Shown here one piece after another: positions 11,910-21,037 of a stretch of 64,000 bases of DNA; position 1 is the stretch's first letter, and the number at the start of each line of letters is the position of its first letter. The notes beneath the pieces are model-generated. The model was given only the letters and a program-made list of their open reading frames with translations, was not told the DNA's origin and ran no database searches. The position numbers and the translations under genes were made by a program. The DNA comes from Bacteriovoracia bacterium (lineage in GTDB: Bacteria; Bdellovibrionota; UBA1018; CAIPTA01): NCBI GenBank assembly GCA_050246755.1, contig JBFWVL010000001.1, positions 192,001 to 256,000 on the forward strand, given 5' to 3'.

Positions 11910-11965
11910 GGGCTCAAGCGTCCAACCCTCCATCAACCACCAAACGCTTGGGCCCCCTTTATTTT
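11910..11965 (+). terminator. Terminator-like hairpin with large C-rich loop
   Basis: GGGCTCAAGCGT (11910-11921) pairs with ACGCTTGGGCCC (11944-11955), followed by cctttatttt. Confidence 0.6.
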
Positions 11966-12103
11966 CGCGGTTTGGGTCCTGAACTCGGTACCTGTTTCTG
12001 TGATTCCCTCTCTCAGTTAGCGGAGGCAGAATCGAAGGCGGGACTCAAACTGATTTTCTGCTCGCTTGCGCCCAAACTAAAAAAAGATAACACTGAACCT
12101 CGA

Positions 12104-13327
12104 ATGCGAATCCGCCAGGTCTTTTTTATCCTTTCTCTGACTCTATTTTCCATTCTTGCGTTGGAAGCCGCGGCGTTCCTCCTCGCGCTCGTTCTCCAGT
12201 TCGCTTTCTACGAAGACTGGGTCCCCATGGAAAAAAGGCCTCCCGTGGGCGTGCTGGCCAAACGGCTCGGCTTTCTCTACCAGGACCAAACCAAGAAATC
12301 GGATTTCGTGCTTTCTCCTTTTTTTGGGTTCAAGAATGCGGCCGGATCCATCAGAAGCTCCTTCGACGTGCTCGACCCTAAGGGCGAAAAAAGGCTGCTG
12401 GTAGGTCCGGAAGGCTTCGTAAAAAACAATTCGGACCCCGCCGATCCCGAGCTCGTGCCCAAAGACACTCCCCTCATCTTTATTTCGGGCGGCTCCCCCG
12501 TGGTCGGCTGGGGCGTGGATAAAAATGAAGATACCATTCCCGCCCTGCTGGCCGCCCGTTTAGCCCGCCGCTGCGAAAGCAGCTCCACCACTCCCCATTT
12601 TCGCGTCGTAAACGCCGGCGTGGCCGGCCACAACTCCTACATGGAACTGAATTATTTCAGCAGCGAACTCTCTTGGTATAAGCCGGTGGCCTGGATTCAG
12701 CTGAGCGGCATCAATGAAGCCTGGGTGATCGGCAAGCCATCCGGCTCTTTCGAAATCGACTACCACCGCAGCTGGATGAACTCTCCCATCGCCGACAAAG
12801 TTTTATTTTCCTCCTGGATGCCCGCCACCCAAAAGTTAGTTTCGATCTGGCTGCCCCTTTTATTTAAGAAACAAAATCCGACTTCGCTTGCGCCGAAATT
12901 CAGCGCCGGACTGAACCCCCGCTGGACGGAACGGACTTCTGCCCATTTTTTGCGAAATATCGCCCTAGCCGACGGTATCGCCAGCTCGCTAGGGGTAAAG
13001 CATTATTTCTTTTTCCAGCCCACCCAGGCCACCGACCAACGCGTGGCACCAAGGGCTGAGCTAGAAAGAAGATCCGTTACCATCCGGGAAAGTGCCTGGC
13101 CGCTTTTCCAAAGCCGTGCCCAGGCTTTCTACGACGAAGTGAGAACGGAATTGGCGTTCACGCATCAAAAAAATAATAACTGGCACGACCTCTCGAAAAT
13201 CTTCGATGGCGATGGCCACGAAATCTACTCCGATCCGCGCCACTACCTGCGCTACGGCAACGAAAAAATCGCGGCCGAAATGGAAAAGAAAATCTGGCCC
13301 AGCCTTCGCCAAATAATCTGTCACTAA
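12104..13327 (+). CDS. Membrane-anchored SGNH/GDSL hydrolase-family protein
   Basis: N-terminal TM; GGSPVVGWG, VVNAGVAG, SGINE, DPRH..GNEKIA blocks; ATG 12104 preferred. Confidence 0.75.
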   Translation: MRIRQVFFILSLTLFSILALEAAAFLLALVLQFAFYEDWVPMEKRPPVGVLAKRLGFLYQDQTKKSDFVLSPFFGFKNAAGSIRSSFDVLDPKGEKRLLVGPEGFVKNNSDPADPELVPKDTPLIFISGGSPVVGWGVDKNEDTIPALLAARLARRCESSSTTPHFRVVNAGVAGHNSYMELNYFSSELSWYKPVAWIQLSGINEAWVIGKPSGSFEIDYHRSWMNSPIADKVLFSSWMPATQKLVSIWLPLLFKKQNPTSLAPKFSAGLNPRWTERTSAHFLRNIALADGIASSLGVKHYFFFQPTQATDQRVAPRAELERRSVTIRESAWPLFQSRAQAFYDEVRTELAFTHQKNNNWHDLSKIFDGDGHEIYSDPRHYLRYGNEKIAAEMEKKIWPSLRQIICH

Positions 13328-13383
13328 ACATTTTTGTAATCATAAATAAGCAGCAAAAATAAGCTTATTCCGTTCCGGACTTC

Positions 13384-14898
13384 ATGGTAAATCCAAGCCC
13401 TATGGTAATGGAAATCCGCTACGATCCCGCCCTCGTAACCCTCTCGGTACTAGTGGCTATCCTCGCCTCCTATGTAGCGCTTGGTTTAGCGAACCGCATC
13501 ACCCAGGCGCGCGGCCACGCGAGAACGGTTTGGCTTTCCTTTGGCGCGCTCGCCATGGGGATCGGTATCTGGAGCATGCATTTTGTGGGAATGCTGGCCT
13601 CCGAAATGCCCGGCATGGCCATGGCCTACGATATTCCCTTGATGATTTTGTCCATCTTGATTGCCATCGGCGCCTCCGCGGTGGCGCTTTACGTGGTGAG
13701 CCGCCCGAAAGTTTTCGTTATTTCCGTCGTAATCGGAGGCACTTTCATGGCCGGCGCGATCGCGGGAATGCATTATGTGGGCATGTTCTCCATGCGCATG
13801 GCGGCCACGATTCAGTGGAACGCGCTGCTCGTGACTCTCTCCATTCTCATCGCCCTCGTGGCTTCCTTCGTGGCCCTGCTGGTTTCCATCCGCTTGCGAG
13901 ACGATTCCGAAGGGCATTGGCGCCAGTTGATAGCTAGCGCAATCATGGGAGTGGCCATTGCCGGAATGCACTATACGGGGATGGCAGCCGCCACTTTCAT
14001 CCATTCGGACACCACGTATTCTCTTGGCTCGGAGCCCCTGGCAAATTCATCCGGCCTCACCGTCGCGGTTCTTTCCACCACCTTGGCCATCCTAGGCCTG
14101 GCCCTCGGAAGCTCGATCATGGATCGGGCCCTTTCCCGGCGAACGAAAGTGGCCAACGAAAATGCACAACTCTACCGCGAAGCCAAAGAAGCCGTGCACA
14201 GTCTTCACGAGGAAAGAGAGCTGCGCCAGCGCTTCGTGTCCGCGATGGCCCACGATCTGCGTAACCCCTTAGCCGCCGCCACCATGAGTATGCAATTATG
14301 CGTGCGGCAACCAACCAATCCCGAAGGCGTAGAGAAACTGGGACGCAAAGCGATCGATAGCCTCCAGCGTATGGAACAAATGATCGAGGATTTGCTCGAT
14401 GCCCATCGCATCAGCGCCGGCCAATCGCTACCCCTCCAGCGAGAGGCTTGTAGGCTGAAAGAATTTCTCCAGAGTACCATCGAAGACCTGATCACCGTGC
14501 ACGGAAATCGCTTCGTTCTGCGGACCAATCTCGAAATTCAGGGAAATTGGGACTGCAAGTACTTGCGGAGAGCCGTAGAAAACCTCTGCACCAACGCGGT
14601 AAAATACGGAAAAGAAGATAAGCCAATTTTCATCGGAGCCAAGCTCAGCCCGGACGGAAAAATTGCCACCGTTTCGGTGACCAACGAGGGTGAACCCCTA
14701 AGCGTGGACGAAAAAAATAAGCTCTTTAGTTTATTCAGCCGCGGGAAAAAAGCCGAAAAAAGCGGAAAACAAGGATGGGGATTAGGCCTGACCATCGTGC
14801 GCGGAATCGTAGAGGCCCACGGCGGAAGCGTCACCGTGGAAAGCGCCGCGGGAGCCGGCACAACTTTTTTCATGCACCTACCGATTGCAAAGGCCTAA
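13384..14898 (+). CDS. MHYT-domain sensor histidine kinase
   Basis: WSMHFVGM, MHYVGM and MHYTGM repeats; AHDLRNPL; NAVKYG; GWGLGL. Confidence 0.93.
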   Translation: MVNPSPMVMEIRYDPALVTLSVLVAILASYVALGLANRITQARGHARTVWLSFGALAMGIGIWSMHFVGMLASEMPGMAMAYDIPLMILSILIAIGASAVALYVVSRPKVFVISVVIGGTFMAGAIAGMHYVGMFSMRMAATIQWNALLVTLSILIALVASFVALLVSIRLRDDSEGHWRQLIASAIMGVAIAGMHYTGMAAATFIHSDTTYSLGSEPLANSSGLTVAVLSTTLAILGLALGSSIMDRALSRRTKVANENAQLYREAKEAVHSLHEERELRQRFVSAMAHDLRNPLAAATMSMQLCVRQPTNPEGVEKLGRKAIDSLQRMEQMIEDLLDAHRISAGQSLPLQREACRLKEFLQSTIEDLITVHGNRFVLRTNLEIQGNWDCKYLRRAVENLCTNAVKYGKEDKPIFIGAKLSPDGKIATVSVTNEGEPLSVDEKNKLFSLFSRGKKAEKSGKQGWGLGLTIVRGIVEAHGGSVTVESAAGAGTTFFMHLPIAKA

Positions 14899-14901
14899 AT
14901 A

Positions 14902-16143
14902 TCAGGCTTTTGCTCGCAGCGCCGCAATCCGCTGGGTCACCGGCGGGTGACTATAATCCAAAAATACTTTCCAGGGATGCGGATTCAGATTAGATAAGCT
15001 CTCCACGCTCAGGCGTTTCAGCGCCTCGATCAAGGCCGAGCCGTCCCCGGTAGTTTCTCGCGCAAACTCGTCGGCCTCGAATTCATATTTCCGGGAGAGA
15101 ATCTGGAATGCCAAAGAAACTAGGAGGCCAAGGGGAGCGTAGAGGAGAAAAGCCACCGTGAGGCTCGCGTGCAGGGAGGGCTCGGCGAACCCCAGGAGAT
15201 GCGCCATCGTTACCTGATTATTGATCACCAGGGAAAGAAGCCAGAACAACCCCAAAAAAACCGCGAAGGAAAGCGCGATCTGCTTCAGAATATGCCCGCG
15301 CTTGAAATGCCCTACTTCGTGGGCCAATACCGCCACCAACTCATTCGTGGGATGGCGGCTCACCAAGGTGTCGAACAATACGATCCGGCGAAAACGGCCA
15401 AAGCCGGTGAAAAAGGCATTGGCCTTCGAAGAGCGCTTCGAGCCATCCATCGTGAAAATTCCCTGCAATTTAAAGTTAACCCCTCTAGCGTAGGCCTCAA
15501 TCGCTAACCGCAGGTCACCCGCCGCTAGCGGCTCAAACTTATTAAAAAGCGGCATGATCACGATGGGCGCCAAGAATCCCACCACGATTTGGAAAAAGCA
15601 CATAAATGCCCATGCCCAAATCCAAGCACTTTCTCCGGCCGAAAGCAGGAACCAGAAAAGCGTGGCCATCAATGCGCCACCGATAATCAATCCCAAAACC
15701 CACCCCTTCAGCGTGTCTTTCACGAAGGTGCCGAAGGTGGCGCGATTGAAGCCGAATTTTTCTTCCAGCACGAAGGTGTGATACCAACCGAGCGGCAAGC
15801 CGAGCAGCTCCGAGAGCGCGCCCAGGCCTAGAAAATAAATCAGCGCGGTGGCAATGGGGCCGAAGCCAAAATGACGGGCCCAAGTATCGACCCAGGAAAA
15901 TCCACCGAACCAGAGAAATACGAGGGTAGCCACCAGCGAAATCACGCGGCTAAAAATTTGGTAGCGGGTTTGATCGGCCAAGTAGGCCTGGGCGTCCGCA
16001 TATTTTTTTTCGTCCACCATCGCCCGAAAATCTACCGGCAGCACGGCCGTGCGCGCATGGCGCCAATTGAGAAAATCCACCGCCGTTCTTAGCAGAAAGG
16101 GGAGAACGAGGAGGGCCGTGAGTAGAAAAAAGAAGTCTGTCAT
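14902..16143 (-). CDS. M48-family (Ste24-like) membrane metalloprotease
   Basis: DGSKRSSKANAFFTG, RIVLFDTL, AHEVGH, EFEAD, YSHPP. Confidence 0.95.
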   Translation of the reverse strand: MTDFFFLLTALLVLPFLLRTAVDFLNWRHARTAVLPVDFRAMVDEKKYADAQAYLADQTRYQIFSRVISLVATLVFLWFGGFSWVDTWARHFGFGPIATALIYFLGLGALSELLGLPLGWYHTFVLEEKFGFNRATFGTFVKDTLKGWVLGLIIGGALMATLFWFLLSAGESAWIWAWAFMCFFQIVVGFLAPIVIMPLFNKFEPLAAGDLRLAIEAYARGVNFKLQGIFTMDGSKRSSKANAFFTGFGRFRRIVLFDTLVSRHPTNELVAVLAHEVGHFKRGHILKQIALSFAVFLGLFWLLSLVINNQVTMAHLLGFAEPSLHASLTVAFLLYAPLGLLVSLAFQILSRKYEFEADEFARETTGDGSALIEALKRLSVESLSNLNPHPWKVFLDYSHPPVTQRIAALRAKA

Positions 16144-16170
16144 GGGGGAATTATACTATACTCGCTGATT

Positions 16171-17475
16171 ATGGACCGCTTTTTACTCCAGAACGAAAAC
16201 CCCCTCTCCTTCTTCGAGCACCTAAGAAAACGTGGGCTCATCCAAGACCATACCCCCGGCCTCGAGGCCTACCTGAAATCTTGCCACAGCTCTGGCACGG
16301 TACCCCGCGCCTATATCGGTTTCGATCCCTCGGCCGAAAGCCTCCAGGTAGGAAATTTGATGCAGGCCCTGATTCTGCGCCGGGCACAACTGCACGGCGT
16401 GCAGCCGGTGGTTTTATTGGGCGGAGCCACGGGGCTCGTAGGCGATCCCTCCGGAAAAAAAGAAGAGCGCACTCTATTGGATAAGGAAGTAGCCACCGCG
16501 AATTTGGAAAAATTTAAAGTTCAGCTATCCAAGCTAGTGGACACCGACGCGGGAAAGTACCAGGCCAAGATCGTAAACAACTACGACTGGTTCAAGGATT
16601 TCAAATTCCTCGATTTTCTCCGCGACGTAGGAAAATTCATCACCGTAAATTACATGACCGCCAAGGACTCGGTGAAGATCCGCATGGAGACCGGCATCTC
16701 TTATACCGAGTTCGCCTACATGCTGATCCAGGGCTACGATTTTCTTCACCTCTTCGAGAAAGAAAACTGTGCGATCCAGATGGGCGGCTCCGACCAGTGG
16801 GGAAACATGACCACCGGCCTCGAGCTCATCCGCCGCAAACACGGCAAAGAAGCCCACGCACTCTCCACTCCCTTACTCACCGACGCCGCCGGCAATAAAC
16901 TGGGTAAATCCGAGAAGGGCACCATTTTTCTCGATCCCAAACTCACCTCCCCCTACCGTTTCTACCAGTATTGGCTAGGCCAGGCCGACACCGACGTGGA
17001 AAAGCTGCTTAGCTTCCTTACCCTCTTCGAAGACTCCTATATCGCAGAAGTGGTGGCCCAATCGCAGAAGCAACCCGAAGCGCGTACCGGTCAGAAAATC
17101 TTGGCCCACGAGCTCGTGCGCATGGTGCACGGAGAAGAGGCGGCCCTCGGTTCCGAGAACGCCACCCGCGTGCTCTTCTCCAAAGACCCGAAAGTGCTCG
17201 AATCGCTGAGCCCCACCGGGCTAGAGATGCTCGCGCAGGAAGTGCCGAGCTCGAAATTTTCCGGCACCGAAACGGGAATTTTAGATCTGATGGTTCAGTG
17301 CGGGCTCTGCGCCTCGAAGGGCGAAGCCAAGCGGCATATGAAGGGCAATGCGGTAACGATGAACCGCGAGAAAATCACCGACGAAGGCCTCAAGGTGAAT
17401 ACCGAAACCTTCGCCGGTAGAAAGATGCTCTTGCTTGGTATCGGCAAGAGCAATCTGCATTTATTGCTGCGTTAG
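16171..17475 (+). CDS. tyrS: Tyrosine--tRNA ligase
   Basis: YIGFDPSAESLQVGN (HIGH-equivalent), GDPSGK, QGYDF, QMGGSDQWGN, KLGKS, C-terminal S4-like domain. Confidence 0.97.
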   Translation: MDRFLLQNENPLSFFEHLRKRGLIQDHTPGLEAYLKSCHSSGTVPRAYIGFDPSAESLQVGNLMQALILRRAQLHGVQPVVLLGGATGLVGDPSGKKEERTLLDKEVATANLEKFKVQLSKLVDTDAGKYQAKIVNNYDWFKDFKFLDFLRDVGKFITVNYMTAKDSVKIRMETGISYTEFAYMLIQGYDFLHLFEKENCAIQMGGSDQWGNMTTGLELIRRKHGKEAHALSTPLLTDAAGNKLGKSEKGTIFLDPKLTSPYRFYQYWLGQADTDVEKLLSFLTLFEDSYIAEVVAQSQKQPEARTGQKILAHELVRMVHGEEAALGSENATRVLFSKDPKVLESLSPTGLEMLAQEVPSSKFSGTETGILDLMVQCGLCASKGEAKRHMKGNAVTMNREKITDEGLKVNTETFAGRKMLLLGIGKSNLHLLLR

Positions 17476-17481
17476 GACGCG

Positions 17482-18375
17482 CTAGTAGCGGCGATAGATC
17501 GGGTTAGTGCACTTTACCGAACGAAGCTCTGCTTTTGCCTGGGCCTCTAACTCTTCCGTCTCATGCCTTGCATCTATTTCCGAGAATTCGTTAAAGAACT
17601 CGATACGCTTATCTAGCGCCCGGCTGGCCATTTCGTTATTGATCCGCGAGGGAAGGCATTCCGCCTTCTGGTATATACGCTCCTGAGCGAGATACCTCGC
17701 GCGTTCGGCCGCCGTGAAATATAAACCAAAACCTGAATTCACGGCAGCCTTCTGGATCTCTGCGTAATCCGGATTCGCGGCCCGCAATAAACGGCTTAGT
17801 TCCCGCACGGCTTCGTCCGAAACCTTGGCCTTTCCTTTATACAACTGCAAGCTTACCAGGAGCTCGTGAATCACCAGGGGAGCACGCAATTCCGGATGTG
17901 CCGTAAAAAATGCTTTGTCCGCACGTACGGCCAACGAGGACTGGCAGGCCCTTATCTCTAGCTGCACCGACAAAACGCTCTGGTTGCGGCAGTTACCGTC
18001 TTGCCTCAAGGGCTTGGACTCGAGGTACCATTTCTTGGATTGGATTCCTCTTTCCAGAGCGGCGGCCATCGCGGGAAGATTCTTGCGCAAACCAGAGAGG
18101 TAGGGTTCAGCGAGCGTGCGTAATTCCGCCTGCGAAATAACTTCCGAGCCTTTGTTCTCATAGTCGTCGAAGAGTTCGGTGCCGTGGAAGTTTCCGCCGC
18201 CGGCGTCGGCGCCGCCCTCGGACTTCTGCAGTTCCGCGCTGGGCGCTTCCGCCATCTCGGCATAGGCCACCAAACCCGACTCATCGCTAGACGACTGCGC
18301 ATTTGCTAGACAAACAAGCGGGGAGGCAGCGATAAAACCTATATAAAACAAGGTGCTTAGCTTAAAAATTCTCAT
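17482..18375 (-). CDS. Hypothetical secreted protein with GGADAGGGN motif and a HE (VIHEL) motif
   Basis: Signal-peptide-like N-terminus; 297-aa ORF divergent from the TIGR02147 gene. Confidence 0.7.
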   Translation of the reverse strand: MRIFKLSTLFYIGFIAASPLVCLANAQSSSDESGLVAYAEMAEAPSAELQKSEGGADAGGGNFHGTELFDDYENKGSEVISQAELRTLAEPYLSGLRKNLPAMAAALERGIQSKKWYLESKPLRQDGNCRNQSVLSVQLEIRACQSSLAVRADKAFFTAHPELRAPLVIHELLVSLQLYKGKAKVSDEAVRELSRLLRAANPDYAEIQKAAVNSGFGLYFTAAERARYLAQERIYQKAECLPSRINNEMASRALDKRIEFFNEFSEIDARHETEELEAQAKAELRSVKCTNPIYRRY

Positions 18376-18450
18376 ACTTCTTACCTTTCAATTTTTGGTC
18401 CAACTTTGGGGGCAAAAAGAAGATAAACGCGCTGCGCAAAAATCTCTATA

Positions 18451-18496
18451 GCAATATTGCAATTTATCTATTAAAATTATTACAAATTGTAATAAT
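18451..18496. promoter_or_regulatory. Two AT-rich palindromes, candidate operators
   Basis: GCAATATTGC (18451-18460) and ATTATTACAA-A-TTGTAATAAT (18476-18496) in a divergent intergenic region. Confidence 0.5.
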
Positions 18497-18519
18497 AAAA
18501 TCCGAAACCTATTGAACTT

Positions 18520-19332
18520 ATGAGTATTTTCTCGCATCAAAATTACCGGGATTTTCTTAAATCTTACGTAAATAATTTGCCCAAAAATGGCCGCGGGGAA
18601 ATTGGAAAAATGGCCAAGGCCACCTCCATCCACCCCACCCTCCTCAGCCTGATTTTTTCGGGAAAGCGCGATCTCTCCCCCGAGCAGACCCATGACCTCG
18701 CCGCTTATTTAAAACTTACCGAGCTCGAGGCCGACTACTTTTCCCTGCTCGTGCAGCACGCCCGCGCCGGAAATCACCGCCTCAAATCCCACCTCAAGAA
18801 AAAAATTCTGACCCTGCAAGCAGAGAGCTCCAAACTCTCCCAGCGTTTCGAACACGAAAAGACACTCTCGGAAGTGGAGCGCTCAATTTTCTATTCGAGC
18901 TGGCTTTACTCCGCCGTTCGCCTCTTTGCCTCCACCAGCGAAAATGGCAAAACGGTGGACGAAATCACCTCCCGCTTTCTTCAGCCGCGCCAGCGCGTCG
19001 TGGGAATCTTAAATTTCCTTGTTTCCACTGGCCTCGTAGTAGCAGAGCGCGATCGCTATAAAATCGGCCCGCTGCGCACCTTTCTCGAACAAGGCTCCCC
19101 GCACCTCGTGCGCCACCACACGAACTGGCGCAATAAAGCCGTGCAGAAGGCCGATCAAGTTTCCGAGGAAGAACTGATGTTCACGTCACCCATTTCGCTC
19201 TCGCGCGAGGATTTCGCCAAGATCCGCGAACAGATGGCCGAGCTCCTCAAGTCCGTTTCGGTCACGGTGAAAGAGTCCCCCGCCGAGGAAATTGCCTGCC
19301 TGAATATTGATTTGTTTTGGATTGAACGCTAA
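18520..19332 (+). CDS. TIGR02147/DUF4423-family HTH protein
   Basis: IF...NYRDFL, SLIFSGKR.LS, YFSLLV, FYSSWLYSAVR, HH.NW, LNIDLF pattern. Confidence 0.85.
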   Translation: MSIFSHQNYRDFLKSYVNNLPKNGRGEIGKMAKATSIHPTLLSLIFSGKRDLSPEQTHDLAAYLKLTELEADYFSLLVQHARAGNHRLKSHLKKKILTLQAESSKLSQRFEHEKTLSEVERSIFYSSWLYSAVRLFASTSENGKTVDEITSRFLQPRQRVVGILNFLVSTGLVVAERDRYKIGPLRTFLEQGSPHLVRHHTNWRNKAVQKADQVSEEELMFTSPISLSREDFAKIREQMAELLKSVSVTVKESPAEEIACLNIDLFWIER

Positions 19333-19390
19333 GCCTTCCCACAAGCGCCTTCTCGGGCGCGGCATTACGTCCTTTACTCTCTGCCTTCTT

Positions 19391-19406
19391 TGGCGCGTAA
19401 TTCGCA
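19391..19406 (+). promoter_or_regulatory. Sigma54 -24/-12 promoter
   Basis: TGGCGCGTAATTCGCA (GG-N10-GC) about 50 nt upstream of the lipocalin gene. Confidence 0.5.
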
Positions 19407-19455
19407 AAACTGAACCCGGAGTCCTTTATGGCCCCACCATCAATCGGAGAATTTT

Positions 19456-20001
19456 ATGCTCTATAAATCGCTCTTTGCCACCATCCTCTTCGCCAGCCTC
19501 TTTTCGGCTCTGGCCCAAGCCGAGCCACGCACCGTGCCCTTCGTAGACGTGAACCGTTATATTGCCGGCCCTTGGTACGAGATCTCCGCCAACCCAATGC
19601 CCTTCGAAAAAGACTGCACCTGCTCGCGGCAAGTGCTTGGCCTAGAATCCGACGGGCGCCTGAACGTGCGCAATACCTGTAATGATAAGACCCAGCGCGG
19701 CCCTGTGCGGGAGGTAAAAGGTTTCGCCACTAACGACGACACCGCCTCCAACGCGAAATTCACTGTAGATTTTGGTTTTCCCATCAAAGGAAAGTACTGG
19801 ATCATCGCCCTCGATCCGGCCTACCAGTGGGCGGTGGTTTCCGATCCCACCGAGCTTTCTTTGTTCGTGCTTTCGAAGACGCCCACCCTCGACCCCGCCC
19901 TCTACGACGCCGCGATCGCCGAAGCCTCTAGCGCGGGCCAGGTGGACACTTCCAAGCTAGTAAGCATGCAGCAAACCGGCTGCAGCTACCCGGCTCAATA
20001 A
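19456..20001 (+). CDS. Lipocalin (Blc-like)
   Basis: VD..RY.GPWYEI, YWIIALD..YQWAVV, LSKTP motifs; signal peptide. Confidence 0.9.
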   Translation: MLYKSLFATILFASLFSALAQAEPRTVPFVDVNRYIAGPWYEISANPMPFEKDCTCSRQVLGLESDGRLNVRNTCNDKTQRGPVREVKGFATNDDTASNAKFTVDFGFPIKGKYWIIALDPAYQWAVVSDPTELSLFVLSKTPTLDPALYDAAIAEASSAGQVDTSKLVSMQQTGCSYPAQ

Positions 20002-20565
20002 TTAGAAGCTTCGAATTCCGCGCTCGGTAACGATTATTTCCAATGGCTGGTCGTGAGGCTCCACCGGAATATGCCCGGCGGCTTCCTGCCAGCTAAAACC
20101 CACGCCCACTTTTTTGCCGTGGAACTTTTCGAGAAACCTATCGTAGTAGCCCTTCCCCTGCCCCAGGCGAAAGCCGCCGGCATCGAAGGCCACCATCGGC
20201 ACGAAACAGAGCGCGATCTCTCCCGGAGCAACCAGCGTTGCCTCTGGTCCGGGCTCCCTAAGACCGAATCGGCCCGTCACAAACTCGTCTGGATCGTTCG
20301 CGTCCTTCACCGCAAAAAATTCCATCTGCCCGTTTTCATAGGAGCGCGGGAAGCAGAAGCGGTGGTCACTACCAAAGATCGTCGCCAAATTGGCCTCATG
20401 CGGCATAGCTTGGTAGGCGGCAACTAGAGAATTTTGCGGAATAGTGGCGAGTACTTCCTCGAGGTAAGGCTTCAGTCCAAGATTCCAGGCGAGGTAATTT
20501 TCGGGAAGAAAAGTAGACTGGAGCCGACGGAAAAACAGGCGTACTTCCTGTTTGCTTTGTCCCAA
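20002..20565 (-). CDS. 5-formyltetrahydrofolate cyclo-ligase
   Basis: VP.VAFD..G.RLGQGKGYYDRFL, EPHD, IVTE. Confidence 0.93.
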   Translation of the reverse strand: MGQSKQEVRLFFRRLQSTFLPENYLAWNLGLKPYLEEVLATIPQNSLVAAYQAMPHEANLATIFGSDHRFCFPRSYENGQMEFFAVKDANDPDEFVTGRFGLREPGPEATLVAPGEIALCFVPMVAFDAGGFRLGQGKGYYDRFLEKFHGKKVGVGFSWQEAAGHIPVEPHDQPLEIIVTERGIRSF

Positions 20566-20584
20566 AGTCGGCTCCTAGCGGTGA

Positions 20585-20872
20585 CTAAACGGGGAATTCT
20601 CTTTCGAGCTGCGTCAAAAGCGACTGGGACCGGGCCTTCACGTCGCTCTTGAATACATTGGTTTCTTCCTGCTTTTTCAAGAGATCTTCTGCCAGAGTCA
20701 TCGCCAGCAGGAGGAGAACTTGGTGAGACAGGGGCTGCGTCGGGGGCAAAATGGCCGCCAGGCGTTTATTCACCAGATCTGCCACTTCTTGAACCCGGGC
20801 CGGATCTTCATTGGTTCTCAGCATCAATCGCTGTTGGCCAACCACCACTTCTACGGATTTTTTCTGCGTCAT
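20585..20872 (-). CDS. zapA: Cell division protein ZapA
   Basis: 95 aa, VADLVNKRL...LLAMTLAEDL pattern with coiled coil; canonical position upstream of the cyclo-ligase gene. Confidence 0.82.
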   Translation of the reverse strand: MTQKKSVEVVVGQQRLMLRTNEDPARVQEVADLVNKRLAAILPPTQPLSHQVLLLLAMTLAEDLLKKQEETNVFKSDVKARSQSLLTQLEREFPV

Positions 20873-20878
20873 ACCAAA

Positions 20879-20907
20879 ACGATACGAGGGGCAAGAAACC
20901 GTGTCAA
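20879..20907 (-). promoter_or_regulatory. Sigma70 promoter of zapA (leaderless)
   Basis: TTGACA-N17-TATCGT, 6 nt before ATG. Confidence 0.7.
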
Positions 20908-20961
20908 GCCGCGAAATTATTTACAAAAGTAATCCAATCTAGTAACTTTCGGGACTGGTGT

Positions 20962-21037
20962 TCAGGATTAGCTCAGTTGGTAGAGCAAATGACTGTTAAT
21001 CATTGGGTCCCCGGTTCGAGTCCGGGATCCTGAGCCA
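20962..21037 (+). tRNA. tRNA-Asn (GTT)
   Basis: Acceptor TCAGGAT/ATCCTGA, anticodon arm AATGA-CTGTTAA-TCATT, GGTTCGA T-loop, encoded CCA. Confidence 0.97.

Larger units (their letters stand above)
11635..11965 (+). ncRNA. Candidate structured RNA (sRNA or structured sORF mRNA)
   Basis: Three consecutive short hairpins, an 82-nt hairpin (11711-11792), nine GGA motifs and a terminal hairpin followed by a T-rich tail. Confidence 0.5.

Noticed and set aside
11948-12103. N-terminal extension of the SGNH protein given by the ORF track
   Set aside because: It starts inside a terminator-like hairpin; ATG 12104 directly precedes the signal anchor
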